NCBI GenBank assembly: GCA_036172245.1
Contig: JAYWIR010000017.1
Span: 2,480,001 to 2,544,000, forward strand
DNA from: Raillietiella orientalis
Lineage: Eukaryota
Reading direction: 5' to 3'
DNA length: 64,000 bases
The notes under the pieces are model-generated. The model did not search any database. It was given only the letters and a program-made list of their open reading frames with translations, and was not told the origin of the DNA. Made by a program: the position numbers and the translations under genes. Position 1 is the first letter of the stretch. The number at the start of each line of letters is the position of its first letter. Of this stretch, positions 26,270-39,030 are shown one piece after another.

Positions 26270-27100
26270 AGAACGCACGATCCACCTTGACTTGTTCACC
26301 GACTCGAACGCCATCCGTCCGTGGGCAAGGAATCAAACAGTCGGATGCTTCGTTTTGTTTATTGGTTGGCCAGGTGCTCAAGAAGTGTTGCCTCACTGCG
26401 TGGTAGGAAGAGGGGGGCAGGGGGCATCGGAGCGGCTCGGCAACGCCACCACATGGTGGTCGCACAAGAGACCCTCCTGCTGCCACGCACCCGACGCGTA
26501 CACAAAGAGCAGAAACGGGACACCCCGAAGAGACCAACCTGGCTCCGTGTCGTGGGAAACGTCGGGCCGTAGATGCGTGGGCGCTTCGACGAGCACTCGA
26601 AATTCGGAGCCATCCACGCCACCATCGCGCAAAGACTCGAAAAACCAGCTGCCAACTCAGAGTGGATCCTTCCACCGCGCGTTTGAACCCGCTCAGACGG
26701 TGCCGCGCATCCCGAGGTCCAAGTCCGGAATAGGCGACCCATCTACTCCTCCACGGACTTCTCCTAGAGCAGCAGCGGGAAGAGCTTCCCGGAGAAGCGC
26801 CGCCCGTCAGACAAGTCGAACGCAGCTCTCCCCCGGGATTGCTCCGCATCTCAACTCGGCAGGAGGGCATCGCTTCCCCCTTTTCGCAGTCCTCGGTGGT
26901 TTTTTCTGCCAAGGAGAAGCGAACGCTGCCGACCCCGTCCATTCCAGTTTCCCCCACGCAAGGGGATCGTGGGAGCGGGCTGCGGCCGGTCAAATCAAAG
27001 TTTGGAGAACCTTGGACGCGAAAAGGTAGCCGGATGCACGTCCCCATGCGATGGCCGTGCGTCGATAACAGCGGCAGGACACCGGAAAACAATGTGCACT
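26270..27100 (-). mobile_element. Degenerate L1/Tx1-like RT relic (GC-rich)
   Basis: LSGFKRAVEGSTLSWQLVFRVF (cf. DFxKAFDxVxWxFLxxVL) and SGCPVSALCV (cf. QGCPLSPLL) in ORF 26268..27104. Confidence 0.45.
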
Positions 27101-28549
27101 CCATCCCTTCTTCTCCCCTCCTCTCTTAAAACAGAGTAAATAGGGAGTGTTTCCCTCTTCTCGTAAGCAATGAACGGCGGAAGGAAAGAGCACAGTTTAG
27201 AGTAGTGGGTGGAGCAGGTTCCCCAGAGTTCCGAACTGGGATGCTACCGTTGCCTGGCAGCACTTCCCAAGACCCTGAAGTTCCTGAGGAAGGCTACGAG
27301 CAACGGTGCCGCGAGTGCCAGGAAGAAAATCGCAGCACCCGGAAGCGAAGCATGCTCGGAAAAAAAAAGCCTAGTCGTGTCTCGAAACTTGCCTGAAGAG
27401 GCTGTCACTGTCGCCAAGGATGGAACGGAGCGATCGGCTGCAAGAAGCTGCAAAGGAAGAACCTCTCCTTCCGGAAAAGGTTCGAATTCAAGAGGAGGGG
27501 AAAACGGGGAGAAAACCTGCGAAACCTGAAGTATCCAGGCCGTAGCCAAAGTGACGGCGACCGGGAAAACCTGGCATCCATGGTGACGTGAGCTGGAGGA
27601 GATGAATGAAGGGACAAAAGCTCTGAATGCGGCAAATGGTGCAGAATCGTGAATTACGCAGGATCGAGGAATCCCCGCCGGAAATGACTGGGCAAAACGA
27701 GGAAACTCCCCGCTGCACACTCGAGAAGCGTGGCGAGATAACTTCTGGAGGGTGGTATCAAAATCCGCGCACCGCAAGCATCTTCGTGACCTCTCGATTA
27801 AGGCGAAAGTGGAAGACGGAAAAACAAAACAAAACTGCGCGAATCGGAATCACAAAGCTATGAAGAGAAATCCATCGTCAACAGGTCGCCTTGCTTCCCG
27901 GGTGCATTGCAGATTTTGCTCGAAGGACAGTCTCAGAGAGTCATCGCATCCTTGGTTACACCGAACGCACCCCGGCATCCTCTTGGAGGAAGTCTCCTTT
28001 GCGCTCGAACGGCAACCCTGTTTCGCAAACGCGGACTCGTAGTAGGCGTGAATACTCAATCCGGAAATCAGAACTCGGAGATAATTTCGCGCAAGCGCGA
28101 AGCGCAGCGCAATTCATGCGCCTACATGACGACGTTGACACAACCCCCAAGAAATGAGCGTCAAGTAATTACTGGTTAAATGATCGCAAACGCCGCATTA
28201 CAAATGCAACCACGAATGGAAACTGTGCATTCATTTGTTTCACTTTCAATTCGATAAGTACAGAAAGTGAAAACCAAAAAAAAAAGTCAGTTCAAGCATC
28301 TGCTTACGTGAAACACAGGACGGGTGTTGGTTCCCCTGTGCACAAACACACCTTTCGTCTGCATTCCACCATACCAAAGCCTTTCTGCAGCCGCCGCTGT
28401 TAATTTTCTGCAATTTTCTGCTTCTTCTCTTTTTTTTGTTTTCCATTCCGTTTGTTGACACTGCCGACATCTTCAGGAGTCATTTGTCAGAAAAATAAAG
28501 TCGTTCTTCGTGCGCACAACACGAATACCAGAATACACCTCGTCCGCTG

Positions 28550-29900
28550 TGGTCTGTGGACGTGGCAGGGCCAAAATGCCTGGAAAGTATCCCTTCTCAT
28601 TATTCGTTGAGGGTTCTGCATCAACAGCGAGACGGGAAACAAACAGCAAATAGTAACACCACATCAACAGAAGCGAATAGCCGATGGTCCATTGATGTTG
28701 CTCATCTGCCAGTTCCATAAATATGGATAGGCAGAGAGACGTCAAAGCAAGAAGCTACGAAAGAAGCGTGTCTTGGCCAAACATCGTCCGAAGACCTGAA
28801 CGTTCTCAAATATGGGAGTCCGGCAAACGATGACCACTCAGGATCTTCAGGTTCTTGCCGGCGCAGCGGTTTTGCCATCGATGCTTGCTGCTACTCAGCT
28901 TCTCCATCTGCTGAAGAAAACCCGTCCACAGATGTGAATGACGGCCGTCCGCTCGGAGAAAATGAAGTATGGAGAAGAGGAAAAAACTACGTTTGGCGAC
29001 GGATTTTTGCGTAAATAGATCTCGGAAATTTTCCAGGTGCCCTTACCTCAATGCTGAAGCATTTTGATTTTTAAATCTCGGACACATCCTGGAAACGGAG
29101 TGAACTTGGAAATCTGAATTGGCAAAAAGAAGGAAAAGCGATTCTTCCTCCAGCTGGCAGAGGGAAGGACAAACGGCCGCATTCGGTGGCGTCAGAAAAA
29201 TGGAAACTGGTCCGGAACAGAATTATCAAGAACTCGGCACGGAAAATGCAGGGCAGCTGGAAAAACGAGCACAGCTGTTTTTTTTTTTTTTTCATCGACT
29301 TGAGCTGAAGATATACACGCACGCAGAACTGATTCCTCGTATCTTACTGGAATAGAGTGATCCCATCTCTTCCAACGTTCTGCGATCATCATCTTTTTAC
29401 TCGAGCAAAGTGCTCTGAACACGAATTGTGGTCAGTCTGAGTCAGTCTGACCCCTTGCTGGAAGGAAGAGATCACAACACCATGGAAAGGAAGAGGGACT
29501 TTCGCTGGAAGAAGATGCTCCTAGGTTGCATCAATCTAATACAAAAGTCACGCGTTGGTGATTCTCAGCGCCTACGAAAGATACTCTATTTTCTATTCCT
29601 GCTTCACATGGATCGAAGGGTTCTTGCTGATCCAGGCCACCAAACATCCCGTTTATAGACAGAAGATTGAGAACTACTTTTACGTACGCAGCAGCTTTTT
29701 CGATTTCGTTTTCCGATGTGTCTTCGATTCAACGCTGGGACATTGGAATTCTGCTTGCATCAACTTCCGAAGAGATATTCACAATTCGTGGTCTTCCGTT
29801 GGCAGCAGCAAGTGAAGACTTTTGAGTTGCTCCAACTGAAAGAGAGAGATCATGGCGCCAATCGAGCAGGAAATTAATTTTATGGATAAAAGCGGGTACT
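28550..29900 (+). mobile_element. Degenerate non-LTR RT relic (interrupted)
   Basis: NAWKVSLL, MGVRQTMT, then VGDSQRLRKILYFLFLLHM (cf. GVPQGSILxPxLFLxY), FTYAAAF and WNSACINF, in RT order. Confidence 0.35.
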
Positions 29901-30499
29901 TTCTCGAACGTCAAAGATCACATCTTGAAAATCCATAAAAGTTAACACATCTTTGGTTGTGGTAGATTATAAGACACATTCCAGTGCAACAGTCACTTCG
30001 TCCGTTGTCATCGATCACACTGTCAGCAGCTGTGCAATCGACATTTATGCCCTTCAAAATAAAAATATTTGGGTGAAAATTCTTTTCATTAATTATTAGT
30101 GTTTGCAACAAATTAATTACATTTTAAGAAGTCAATTACATCATTTCTTGCTTTCCAGCTTGGTGGCGATGGGAATGGCAGCCAGTTAACGCTCAGAATG
30201 ATTGGAGATCGTGTTTTGTCCTTTTTATTCTTTTCTTCAAACCTTTCCCTTTTGTTCAGCTTTGAAGTTTACGTTTAGTTGGATTCTCATCAGCTTACCA
30301 TTTCAAAATAGAATGCTAATGGAGTGCGTGAAAGAGCCACGCTCAACTTTTACAACCAGGATGCACGCTATTCACTCTAGCACTTGGCTGCTAATCGCTT
30401 TCATCTATCGATTTCAGCTCCATATTAAAGATAAACATCGATCATTCGACACACAGATTCATAGTTTAAAGTGAAAAATCACATACTTACTCCATTCGT

Positions 30500-32450
30500 T
30501 TTATCTCCATTTGACACGTCAAGTTCTTCTAGTGAGCCTAAAGCAGTTCCAATGCAAGAAAAACTCGAGGTGTTGCTTTATCGAGGAACCGGTGTTGACG
30601 CTGATCACTTTTGCCCAAGTCTGCCTCCTTAGAAACGAGCTTCACATTTAAAGAGGTTCCCGACACTCTTCCTAAAGCAGTTCCTGCCCTATGGAAGATG
30701 TAAAAGGAATGAATCTTTACATGGTAGTCACGGCCTTATCGTGACTAGGTGCTGTGACTTCACGAGTACAAGTTCTTGCTGCAATGGTCAACAGGTCGTT
30801 TAAAGATCACCTCAGAAGGATTATGGAGAGGATTTTCCGTCGTGATCTCGCGCCTCCATCAAATCGGAAAAGGGAAAGCCATCAATCGGTCATCTCTACC
30901 AGTAAATTCTGATTTCTTGCAAAGTATACCTGAAGGATGCATCAGTAAGGGGTTCAAGTGTTGACTCTTCAGAGAAGCAGGTGAAATAAAAGAGGGCATA
31001 TCAAGTAATAGATGTAGACAAAGAGGATCATGAAGACTAAGTGACGGGAGCAGAAGCGAAGGCAACACAGGAACTCAAGGGAGTAACTAAATCTCCAAAT
31101 ATTCAAATTAGCGAGTTCTTCTTTCCCCATGATGCTATACATAAATCCGCATCGTAAATAAGCACATCAGAAAGTTGATATGTAAAAATCAGGAAGGCTT
31201 CACATATGGAAAAACATATGGGTTTCTTGTAGGATACTTATTTACCATGCATTCCAGATATTTCCTTTCAGACTCATTGGACTGTAAAGAAAGAAAAATC
31301 TTCAGCATAGTCTGCCAGGCGATCTGTAAATTAATGCATTCGAAGACGAAATTCCTCTTCTTCATCAAACGTATCTTCAAATAGTACAGAATTCTTTAAA
31401 ACCAAGCCTGGAACTGATGGTTGATAAGCATCCTAGGAGGATTCTTCCCCTGACTTAAAAAGACCAATTACTTGATACTAGGAATTGCATGCGACCTGTT
31501 CCCTACTAGATGATGGCTGAGTTGAAAAATCAACAGCTTATGAAAGACGTAGCACAATTAAAAAAAAATGCGATGCAGACAAAATTCTAAACTGGAAAGT
31601 AATAGATAGAGAATGATGGGAAAGATGCGTTAATGATCATTAAGCGATCGTTATGCTACATGACCAATGTTGTGAATTCTGGATTGTGAAGATCTTTGAC
31701 TACTTTTCTGAACATTTCTGAATGCTTTCCAGAGAAAAGATCCGTGATGTGATTCTGAACATGAAGCCACTATGAAATCCATCTCTGCCTGAAAAGTTCA
31801 AGCTCCGTTTTTTTTTGGGGGGGGGAGGATGGGGGGATCTTCAAAAGCCTGACCTTGGCAGAAGAGATCTTTCCCGCAACTCTTTCAGTCACCCTTCTAC
31901 TTTGTCGACTTCTTCAATAACACAATTCCATAACCTAACCTGACCTTACTTACTTACCCTTACTTCTTCACTAATCTGGTTCAACCACATTGAAATGCGA
32001 AGTCATTAAGTCATTGTGTTTTCCTCAGGATCTTCAGTTCACGAACTCCCTGTAAATGGATCACGTAGCAAGCTGATTGAGGCAGCAACCCCTCCTGCAA
32101 ACGGGATAGTGACAGGAGGTTTTCCGCCACGCCTCCACGTCCCACAGACTTTCCGTGGTGTCAGCGCACATCCATGTGCGAGATTCCAATGTGCGGAAGA
32201 GATGTGCGCGTGTAAGCGTTTCCTCTGTATCCGAAGTCCATGTTGTTCATAACAACTGCCAGTCGAAATGGGGCAGAATTTTTCAGAACTTCCGAGATGC
32301 TCGAAAACAACTGTCAAGAGGAAAAACTCTGGAGGTATTCCCTCCAACAGTTTTGAGAGCAGAGAAGGGAGCGCTGCCTCCGGCCACTTGTGAAACATGT
32401 ACTTAAGGAGAGCTGAATAGCCGAAACCTGTCATGATTGTCCAGGTCTGC
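30500..32450 (-). mobile_element. Degenerate CR1-like non-LTR relic
   Basis: LLSKLLEGIPPEF..EKFCPISTGS..RKRL (RT N-terminus, 32039..32434), SERKYLECMVNK (cf. EKDLGVxV, 31189..31380), and HWNC near 30555. Confidence 0.4.
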
Positions 32451-32509
32451 AGATCAAGATTTTCCCATCGTTCGGAGGTTTCGTTCGTTGGGCTGTTTTC
32501 TGCAGAGTC

Positions 32510-33890
32510 ATTTGTGGAGTTGCGACAGACGGTTGCGGAATGTCATGTGCACGTCGCCTACATGAAACCGGCCAAGTTCACGGACCTGTGAGTCGGGCGG
32601 AGTGGCATTCAGCATTGCTGAAAGAAATGCTTTTTCGGCCTCAATCCGACAAAATTTGTCCAGCGATATGCACCGATTTTCTGGAGGATGTCTGTCCATG
32701 TCATTTGGCTTTTCCGCCGACGAAAAAAAAAATGCACCGAGTTCTTCGGTTTCTTCTTTGGTAACGTTCCTGAGCTAACAGAACAAGAACGGACGTTCTC
32801 TTGGGCATTCCGTTCAGTTTCATCCTCAAGAAGGTTGGAACACCGTTCCGGAGAGAGCATGCGATGGAGGCGTAGGATTCTTGCAGGGCGTTATTCGGAA
32901 TCACCGAAAATACCTTGTGTGGGCGGACCAAGGATTGCGAAGCTTTTGATGACGAAACAAAAGTCATGACACACGTCAGTGTAATCCTGCTAGCTCATTC
33001 ATCCGGAGAAGATGTGAACCTCACTATTGATTCAACTTGTCTGTTCCGTAGCGCACTGAGCAAAGCATCAGACGAAAGGAGGATCCTTTCGGTTTGACCA
33101 ACGGAAATCTTTGAAGCAAGGGGAAGCAGATGTTGCCGATCGAGTGGTGCAATGCACGAGCAACAGAAAGCGATTACATGAACTGTGAGGGAGGCCACAT
33201 TGGCAATGGCGTCTTCATGTTGCTCGAAATTCGATTATATCCAGACGCAGCGGCCATGTCCATCCCGATCGGACGAGTTGCGGAAATAGCCGTCCGATCG
33301 ATGAGCTGTGGGCATCCACTCGAAATAATCTGTAGACAGAAAGCTGGTGGTACTTGCATGACAACGAACAGAAAGCTGCACATTCACTGAGTGCTTTCCT
33401 TTTCCATTCTGCCGTGAGAGTTTCCTCCTGGAACATTAGCTTGACCATTCGCCACCGACTGAAAAGACAGCTGAAAAGACGGAAATCAAGGGTTTCCGGG
33501 TTTCCCATGCCACTTGGGAGATCGAGATGATATTTCTGGGATAATCAGGGATGTCCAACGTAGTTGTATGCAACCAAGCTTACTTGGTGACGGGAGAGAT
33601 ACAACCGTTTATCGTTCTCAGTGCTACTGGGTGATCGTTTGTCACTCGATGCAGCATGAGTCCCCTCACCGCTGATTTCCGGGATTTGAGACAGGAGCCT
33701 CCCTTTTCCAATAGATGCAGAGTGGAAAGAGCTTCTGTGGAAGGATGTACGTATGGTTTGAGCCTGGAATACGTTGGAAATGAACATGTCACCAAGAGGA
33801 TCGTTCAGGATGACCTTGACTTGAAAGTCATACCGCAAGCGTACGGAACTCGTCACAACGTTCCCCCGCTTCTCGGAGTGCAATAACATT
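32510..33890 (-). mobile_element. Degenerate Ty3/Gypsy RNaseH-integrase relic
   Basis: LRYDFQVKV...GDMFISNVF (cf. LxxYDFxIxYxxGxxMxxADxLS), VPPAFCLQII and AMLNATPPDS (cf. YRNTP), in order. Confidence 0.5.
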
Positions 33891-34119
33891 GGTCACTATG
33901 AAAAGAGAAGAAAAGAAAAAAAAATAAAGTCACGACTTTCGATGGAGTTCCGGCTCGCAGACTCTTATCTGAAAGTCGCTGCGCAGCATGCGCGGATGCA
34001 CATCAGCCGAAAAGGAAACTTGAAAATCGGCTGCAGTAGCTGCCCACGCAGAGCTGGGTAGACGTCAAAATGACGTCTCGACTACTTACGTATCTTCGAC
34101 CACATACGCATGAGTTTCA

Positions 34120-34800
34120 TTGATGTTCATCCAACGTCATCAGGGGCACTGCCTAAAATTCTCAACATCGCCGGACACACTTTGTCCAGAGGCAGACAAC
34201 CGCACGAGAAAACCCTGCTTGGACACGGTGCGCGGCGTGCTCCGAGTTTGTAAATTGACACGATCAGCTTGCAAACTGCAAAGTCATCGGATGGAAGCCT
34301 CGCGGTCGAGTGCCGTCTTTGAAAAGCACAATTCCGTTTCCATTCTTCCGAATCCATGGCAACCGTCCATTTTTCTCCACCTCCGGCGCGCAGGCACTTC
34401 CGATCCCTTCCTTGGCACCGCTTGCCTCCTATGAAAAATGGAGCACACTGAAATAGAAAAGTAGAACATTGGACGGATACGAGAATGTCGAGATAAATCA
34501 ACATCCCGAAGATTTGCTCTTGAGGATGTTGGACAATGGGAGAGAGACCACAAGGAAGGCGAGCCTGCTGGCAGAGCGTCGCCGTCGGTGGCTCCCTCAC
34601 AGTGCAAAGCCACTTTGAAACCACCTGGAGATCTCTCTCTCTCACGAGCTCCTCTTACGAAGCTCCCTCAATGGACGCAGATGTCAGAAGCAAGTGGCCG
34701 TCGGTCACATTCGCAGAAATTCATGCACTTTGGTGCCCCTAGTCAGCCTCCCATCTTCGCCTTCCATGGCTGCGGAGCAAAAAGCAAACTCCTATTTTCG
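34120..34800 (+). mobile_element. Degenerate Ty3/Gypsy integrase relic
   Basis: VLRVCKL..ACK, ILPNPWQ (cf. PxxPWQ) and LTSSSYEAPS (cf. SSPYHPQS). Confidence 0.4.
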
Positions 34801-35229
34801 GTCTCCATGGAGACAACTGGGTTTACCTGGAAGATTTTGAAGCATTGTCGTCCGCAGCTGGAGCTACAGTCGGTTTCTTGGTGGGGTGCTGCAGTGAACA
34901 TCAAGGGTCGCAAGGCGAGTTCTCGGCCTGCTTCGCGTGGATGACGTGCATGACTGCTCCCACAGAGACAGCTTCACCCTGGGGAGGAAACGAGGTTGCC
35001 TAGCTTCCAAGATGGAAACGAAGATTCAAATTCCTGTCCTGCTTTAGGCAAGGAATCCTGGTCCACGGCGCATTCCTGCAACTCTCCGCGTGGTGCTCGG
35101 CTAGGAACGGCTCGGTGACCCTCCGATGGGACGCAGCAGCTTCCGCACGAGCTGACTGGGGGGCAACCACCTTGGCAAGACGACCTTCCCTCAATGGGTC
35201 TGGTAGTTGCGCCAACGCGGCTCAACACT

Positions 35230-36690
35230 CTCAGGAAGGGGGAGGGTGGAGCTTCCGACAGCGTGAGGGTGTTTGTGGGGTAGTCCTAGGAGGAGGGGCT
35301 CCTTTTCGGGAGAGCAACGGAGTCGTATCCAGATTTGGCGGGTGAGATCCGCTGCTTCTGTCATGGTAACCTTCCCTCCTCCAAGAGATGTTCCCAATGG
35401 CGAAAGGCACCTCCCGGAAGCAACGAGGAGTCGTGGAGGAGATAGGAGCTCTCCGTCCTTCCTTTGCCCATCTTCTCGTCCGCCCCCACGGGAAGCACCG
35501 GCCGCGCGCTTCCCAAGGCATCAGGGACGACCTCTCGAGGCAGCTGCTTCTCCCGGAAACCCACAGAGGAAGCCCGGAGGGAAGTCCACGAACCGGGGTT
35601 GCCTCCCCGCACGAACTGCGGAACAAAAAGCAGGCTCCCAGCATCTGAAGATGGAAGCGGGGAGATTCGCGGGGCGCGACTGCATTGCAGGAAGAGGCGG
35701 CGGCGGAGAGCGCGAGCGACTCCCTGCGGGCACGCGGGCTCATCATCAACCCACGTGCCCTGCTCCACAAGGCATGTGAGCCCCCCCCTCCCATCCCGGG
35801 AAACCGCTCCGTCAGCTGGCATCTTCAAGAGGGGGCGCCCTTGAAGAGCGTAGGGCCGACTCCGCCACGGGAGGGCGCGCGTGTCGGAAGGCTGTGACCT
35901 CCCCTCCTACGGCTTACGTGGGACGCGGGAGCTGAAAGCAGAGCCGTCGGCGAGGGCAGGAACTTCGCTCCAGAAAGGAGCGGATCTCCTCCCCCCTACA
36001 AAGACGACAAGGAGGGACAGGGGTGCCTTTGAGACAGCTACGGATGCGGCAACGCCGCCTGCTCCTGAAACAGGGTTGGCGACAAGATCGGAGACGACCG
36101 TGCGGTCAGCAGGATGGCGGCGAGGGAGGATGGGAAGGATGGGACGTGCGGAGCTCCCACGCGTTTCGGGATGCCGCCTTGTCCGGAGCGCCGCAGGCGT
36201 CCCTCCAGTCCGGAGAGACGGGGCACTCGCTGAGGGTCGAGGACTTTCCTTTCCTATTCCATGATCTCTTCCATCCCCGCCTGGGATGCTGGGAAGCCTT
36301 CCCGGAGTAGCGAGGAGCAGCCTGGATCGCCCTGCTCGAGATCTGTCTGCCCGCGGAAGGGACTTTCGCTTCGTCGGCAGCTGCTGCTGGAGCTCTTCCC
36401 TTCGCGCACAAGCACGCCTTACCAGCCCCTCAGGCGACCCGGCTCCAGCGGCACGGCATCCCCGAGTCATAGGTGGGGGAGCTTTCCCGGAAAAGTCGCG
36501 CGCGGCCTTCCGCCCGGCGGCAATCGCCTTGGTCGAAGGTTCGCCGCCGATCCCGCTCGCCGCCTACCAAGGACGAAACTCAGCCGGACGTCTGCGCAGA
36601 GGAGCTCCCTTCCCCCGTCCTCCGCCCCCGCACCTCCCCACGCCTTCGCGACCCGACGCCCACGCCGGGAGACTCGCTCGGCCTGCATTG
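35230..36690 (-). mobile_element. Degenerate L1/Tx1-like 5' relic (ORF1 + AP endonuclease), GC-rich
   Basis: LVVFVGGRRSAPFWSEV (eroded ORF1 knuckle context), then GGLTCLV, CNAVAP (cf. NVYAP) and LMPWEARGRCFPWGR (cf. LxDxW...FTWxR). Confidence 0.35.
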
Positions 36691-36754
36691 CAAAATGACA
36701 GTTTTCTTTCGGCTTTCTCTTGCGCTGTTGCTGCCCTCTCTCGAGCGCGCGCGC

Positions 36755-36910
36755 ATTTCTTCCTCCACCCTTCCTCCTTCTCTCCTTCTTCTTGCTCCTC
36801 CTTCCTACTTCTTCTCTTCCTCCTCTTCCTCTCTTTCTTTTTCTCTCCCTCCTCTTTCTCTTCCCTTCCTTCTCCTCCTTTCTTCCTCTTCCTTTCTTCC
36901 TTCCCTCGTT
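36755..36910. repeat. Polypyrimidine (C/T) low-complexity tract
   Basis: About 155 nt almost exclusively C and T on the + strand. Confidence 0.95.
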
Positions 36911-37325
36911 CCTTATGCGGCACGCTCCCTGCGTTGTTCCGCGACCTCCTTCGTTAGCTGACCGAGCGATTTCCCCATCCGACGGAGTTTCCCTTGATCC
37001 TGGACATTCGACCTACCCCTCCCCTCCCCGCCTCCTTCCTTCATGCAGGGAGCGACTTTACCAGAACACCTTTTTCTGGAGCACGGGACGGGGTGGGACT
37101 CTCTCCGAGTAACCATCGCCGACATCATGAAGGAACGGGGAGGTGGAAGTCATCAACCCAGACCAGTGGGTTTCCCCTCCCCAGAAGAGCTACTGCTCAT
37201 CCCCAGTTCGCTTTCGCCATGCATTTCTACCTGCGGGTATTCCGACTCGCCGAAGCGACCGGAACGCCGGCCATCAGACGAGCAGAGGGAGCGATGGAGG
37301 AGAAATGCAGGGCTACGCCTACTCC

Positions 37326-37328
<3 letters not shown>

Positions 37329-37390
<62 letters not shown>
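37329..37390. repeat. (CA)31 microsatellite
   Basis: Uninterrupted CA run. Confidence 0.99.
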
Positions 37391-37394
<4 letters not shown>

Positions 37395-37569
37395 TCAGGC
37401 ATGTGGGCGGATGACCTTGGAGGAGACTTCGGTTCTGGGTTCTGGGGTGGGTGGGTGGGTGCGCACGCCTCCTCTGGTAAGGGAAGTCACTGCTAGGTCG
37501 CGCACTTGGTTCCCTTTCCTTCCGCACAGGGCGCTGCTTTCGATGGCGCTCCGGGCCCCGTCGCAGAGC

Positions 37570-39030
37570 TACCGTTGTCCCTCCCTTTTCCGCCCCACCT
37601 GCTCATCCTGAGTCCTCATGCTAACGAAAGGAGGTGAGCAGCAGAGGTTTCCGGGCTCTTCGGCGCTTGCACGGGAAGGTGGAAGCATTAATCTTCCAGA
37701 CAGGAAGGGATGGATGCCCTGGCGGTAGCTGTAACGGGGGCAGAGAGAGCGCCACGAAGGACGCCCGGCAAGAGAGACAGCACTTCCAGCGCTTCCGAGA
37801 ATGGCTCTGGTCACTCCCGATGCCTCAGAAAGCGCCTGCGCCGAAGCTCTCAGAATGCTCTTCCACGCGTTTCCTGCCCCGCCCCCTTCCAAAGCACCGC
37901 CCTCGAGGTCGCCTCTGAAGACTCCGCGATCCGTTCCTGAGGAGGCGTACGTCAGATGACACCTTCGCCTCCCCGGGACTGCAGGTAGGAGTAGGCAGAG
38001 ACCAAGGGGCAGCTCCACAAGAACCATCAGGTGGCAAGGATCGTGCCATGACCTTCCAGAGCGGCCCTTGGCCCTCCATCGCCTGGTGTCCGGATAGCAC
38101 GCTGCTGCTTGGTCCTCCTGGTCCTAGCCCCAATCAGGAAACATCACAAACCCCTCGAAAGAATAGGATGCTCTCCCTGCGGTTGCCGAAGTACTCAGGT
38201 CTTCTTCTGTGCTTGCCTGCGGGGAGTACCATCGTTTCTTACTTCTTCTTCCCCCTGCAAGTCCCGAGGGCGCTTTGTTTCTTTCCCGTGGATCCTATTC
38301 TCTCATTTCCTCGAAGGGAACAGGAAGCATCGTCCTCCCGTCCATACTCCACCTTCGATCCACCTGGACAGTGAGTCCTCTTCGTTACTTTCCGAGGGCT
38401 TCCCTATCCTCGGCCATCTTCGCTCTTGCCCCGTTCTGCAACGTTCACTTGGCAGGGCGGATAGCTTGGAGACGGCCTGACCTAGGGTCCGGCTCTGCGG
38501 CAAAATGCAGCGAGCCTTGGGAAGCAGTTGGTATGAAGCGGCTTGTCCTGTGCCATCCCCAAGGGCCCTCTTGTCCAGCGTCCCTGCTTCGATGACTCCA
38601 AGTCTCGGGACTTTTTTCCTTCGTGGTTTCTCTTTTTCTCTTGCGAATTGGTGGCTTCTCTCTCATGTTCAGTTCCTTGGTCATCTGGCTTGAAGCAGTT
38701 GGATCCAAGGGGGGGCAGCAGAAAGGCTGTTCCAACCTCTCGAGAGAAGCAGCGTCTGGGTGGAACGGATGCAGGATCACCTGCATTCCTCCAAACCTGC
38801 TCTCTGGGAAAACGTGTTCCAGGCAATCCTAGCATCAGGGCGTGACGCGCAGACTGTGCGTCTTCCTCTGCGCGAGGGAGTCAAGAGGTGCTGGGTTCTC
38901 TCGCTGGGGAACGTGCCCGCCGTCCCTCGATTTGGACACCCTCGAAAGTTCCGCGTCAACAGCTGCGGCCACGCAGAAGAGCACTTCAGCGCGTGAACCA
39001 AACGCACTTAACTGGAGCTGATCCCCGCAG
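37570..39030 (-). mobile_element. Degenerate non-LTR relic, possibly R1/I-group (RT, RNase H-like, C-terminal knuckle)
   Basis: RIAWNTF (cf. SPxLWN), LGMAQDKPLH (cf. LGxxLDxxLxF), HLTY..GV and LQLPPGH...INASTFPC (cf. QxLTGH...CxC), in order. Confidence 0.35.

Noticed and set aside
26268..27104. Longest ORFs (278 aa minus, 245 aa plus; similarly 18032..18772 and 36286..36957) as real genes
   Set aside because: They are GC-rich, stop-poor stretches of decayed retroelement, open on both strands, with motifs switching frames.
30491..30537. Minus-strand mini-exon reading SLEELDVSN (LRR-like)
   Set aside because: Single 47-nt candidate at the 3' end of a CR1-like relic, with no partner LRR exons found.
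31929..31960. Telomeric (CCTAA)n; also TTAGG/CTAGG at ~52271
   Set aside because: Only two or three imperfect units.
36564..37611. K/E-rich and poly-HT/VC ORFs
   Set aside because: Translations of the C/T tract and the (CA)n microsatellite.
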